Translations under genes and position numbers: made by a program
Assembly: GCA_913020725.1 (NCBI GenBank)
Contig: CAJWCD010000062.1
Location: forward strand, 1 to 20,430
Source of the DNA: an uncultured Pseudomonadota bacterium
GTDB lineage: Bacteria; SAR324; NAC60-12
Reading direction: 5' to 3'
DNA length: 20,430 nt
Notes under the pieces: generated by a model
Database searches by the model: none
Seen by the model: only the letters and a program-made list of their open reading frames with translations
Told to the model about the DNA's origin: nothing
Shown: in pieces, positions 17,012-20,430 of the stretch
Numbering within the stretch: position 1 is the stretch's first letter
Layout of the letters: every line of letters begins with the position of its first letter

Positions 17012-17049
17012 TCCGGAATTTCCGTCGCTGGAGGGCTGCTGCCCAGTTG

Positions 17050-18564
<1,515 letters not shown>

Positions 18565-19107
18565 TCAACCTTGGATGATGGATTGGCGCACTTGCTCAAG
18601 TTGGTTGCGGAGACTTCCGTCAATGACTTCCGAACCGATGCGGGTGACAACGCCGCCTAGGATGGCGGGATCAATTTTCACAGAAAGGCTCACGTCCTTC
18701 CCGGAATACTCTGAAAGTTCTTTTCGCAACCCCTCTAGGGCTTCCTCTGGAAGCGGATGGGTGACGGTGACCTCGGCCTCAATACGGGCGAGACGTTCCT
18801 GCATCAAGCGGTGAAATGCACGGTGGATGTCCGGAATCAACGACAGGCGGCGCTTCGAGAGTAGAAAGCGGGCGAACACGTCCACCTGTGCGGGAGGGGT
18901 CAGCACGTCCAGAATCTCTGCCAGAATCGACTGTTTGGCTACAGACGGCACTTTGGTACTGGCAAACGCACCTTGCAATTCCGAACTCGACTCATACGCT
19001 TCTGCGAGTTCGGACAGGCTTTGCTCCATTGACTCCAGTGCCTGATCACGACCGGCCAAGCCCAGTAGCGCCTTTGCGTAGCGACGGGCAATCACTCCTT
19101 GACTCAT
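18565..19107 (-). CDS. atpH: F1Fo ATP synthase delta subunit
   Basis: IARRYAKAL...IDPAILGGVVTRIGSEVIDGSLRNQL; AGGAGG RBS; 4-nt overlap with atpF. Confidence 0.96.
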   Translation of the reverse strand: MSQGVIARRYAKALLGLAGRDQALESMEQSLSELAEAYESSSELQGAFASTKVPSVAKQSILAEILDVLTPPAQVDVFARFLLSKRRLSLIPDIHRAFHRLMQERLARIEAEVTVTHPLPEEALEGLRKELSEYSGKDVSLSVKIDPAILGGVVTRIGSEVIDGSLRNQLEQVRQSIIQG

Positions 19108-19676
19108 GCTGCCTCCTTCGTCTCACCGAGTTGCTTTAGGTAGCTCTGCACGAGTTGCGCTTGCTGCTGTTCGTTCATCTGTTCGCTGACCTTGGCTTCG
19201 GCTTGCCGGATGGTTTCGTTGGCGACCCACTCCTTCAGTTCGTGCTCGGCTTTGCGGTACTCTTGGTTGATTACGAGCTTGGCGTGTTCAGTCATGCGCT
19301 GCACCTCGGTACGCCCTTCCTCGATCATCCGGACCTTCTCGACCTCAGCGTCTTGCTTCGCCTGCGCAACCATTGCCACCGTTTCCTGCTCCAGTCCCTG
19401 AAGCTTTTGCTTCATCTCATCAAGCTGCACGGAGACCTTACGCTCGGCTTCACGGGCTTCTTCCAGCGAGCGTTTCGCCGATTCCGCCGAGGTTTGCAGA
19501 CCATCGCTCACCGGCTTGCGGCCAAAGCGGTAAAGGATGTAGAGGAGGACCGCAACGTTAACGACTTTCCAGAGAAAATCCAAAGAGTCGCCACCTTCTC
19601 CTTCGGCGGCGTAAAGCTCCGTGGCACCGCACAGCAGGAAGGCTAGCGCGGCTGAGCGCAGGGGCATCAGGTTCAT
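19104..19676 (-). CDS. atpF: F1Fo ATP synthase subunit b
   Basis: Signal-peptide-like N-terminus, TM helix WKVVNVAVLLYILYRFGRKP, long coiled coil; immediately upstream of atpH. Confidence 0.9.
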   Translation of the reverse strand: MNLMPLRSAALAFLLCGATELYAAEGEGGDSLDFLWKVVNVAVLLYILYRFGRKPVSDGLQTSAESAKRSLEEAREAERKVSVQLDEMKQKLQGLEQETVAMVAQAKQDAEVEKVRMIEEGRTEVQRMTEHAKLVINQEYRKAEHELKEWVANETIRQAEAKVSEQMNEQQQAQLVQSYLKQLGETKEAA

Positions 19677-19728
19677 CAGGTCCAGTGTTTGGTTTAGTGG
19701 TCGGTGTTGGTCCGCAGCACAGGTGGGG

Positions 19729-20160
19729 TCAACTCAGCAAGCGGGCAGCGGTGTTGGTGGCAATCTCGACGCTCACGGTTTGCAACTCCGCTTTGGCGGC
19801 GGTCACTTGCTGCTGAAGTTCGGCACGGTTTTGCTCCAGTTCCTCCTCCAACTTCTCCAACTCGGTGTGGATCATGACCTCCTTTTCGTGAATGCCCACG
19901 TCTCGGGCCTCATTGATGAGGTGCATGACCTGTGTTCGGGCCTCATGCAGCTTGTGATCGATCTCCACACGGAGTTTTTCGATCTCCTCGATGGCACGAG
20001 CCACTTGGCTTTGACTGTTGTCAATGACCTGTTTGCGGTTGTCTAAAGTGCGCAGCACCGGCTGAAACAACAGTTTGTTGAGCGTGAAGATCATGATCAG
20101 CAGGATCAACAACACAACAAGGGGTGTGGCCAACTGCAAGTGCAGCAGCCCGTAGTCCAT
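19729..20160 (-). CDS. atpF2: F1Fo ATP synthase subunit b'
   Basis: TM helix followed by LNKLLFQPVLRTLDNR and a coiled coil. ATG 20160 follows a G8 SD-like run; alternative ATG at 20208. Confidence 0.88.
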   Translation of the reverse strand: MDYGLLHLQLATPLVVLLILLIMIFTLNKLLFQPVLRTLDNRKQVIDNSQSQVARAIEEIEKLRVEIDHKLHEARTQVMHLINEARDVGIHEKEVMIHTELEKLEEELEQNRAELQQQVTAAKAELQTVSVEIATNTAARLLS

Positions 20161-20244
20161 GCTGAGCCCCCCCCAAGCGTTTTCGATGACGGCCTGCTTA
20201 AAGTCCATGCGATGCGTGTTGTGACGTTCTTGAAAAAACTTATA

Positions 20245-20274
20245 TTTATAGCACAATATCGGTTCACCGGTCAA
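20245..20274 (-). promoter_or_regulatory. sigma70-type promoter of the atpF'FHAGDC operon
   Basis: Minus strand TTGACC-N18-TATAAA with extended -10 (TGc-TATAAA). Confidence 0.65.
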
Positions 20275-20430
20275 GTTTGATGGGCTCGCAAGAAGTCCTC
20301 TGAGGTGATAAATTAGTCGATTTCTGGGGTCTCTCAAACATTCGAGACACCCTTTTCGTTCAACCTGCGGCGTTTTGAGCATCCGAATTTTTTCAGAAGT
20401 CGGTGCCCTTGGGTTCTTGCGAGACCATCA

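Noticed and set aside
20209..20382. N-terminal extension of subunit b'
   Set aside because: Spans the predicted operon promoter and is not b-like.

Overview
Bacterial chromosomal window. The gene content and split atp operon suggest a deltaproteobacterial-type organism, possibly SAR324-like (inference only). Left to right: (1) an accessory edge, 1-~800, with a truncated IS4-family transposase, an unexplained ~190-nt highly structured non-coding stretch ending in a terminator, and a frameshifted DUF4258 + YgiT-type zinc-finger toxin-antitoxin-like pair; (2) a minus-strand flagellar filament locus, fliC-fliD-fliS-fliS', with two tandem sigma28-type promoters and a very large, internally repeated FliD; (3) mutY and a stand-alone PfaD-family enoyl reductase carrying a G10 tract; (4) an XRE regulator divergent from an orphan ParA + non-ParB partner pair; (5) the minus-strand atpF'FHAGDC operon followed by a Trm112-family gene, a hypothetical gene and a DUF368 gene. 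The best novelty candidates are the structured RNA at 57-249, the XRE/ParA/partner module and the domain shared between FliC and FliD. All family calls come from recognising motifs by eye; no database search was run.
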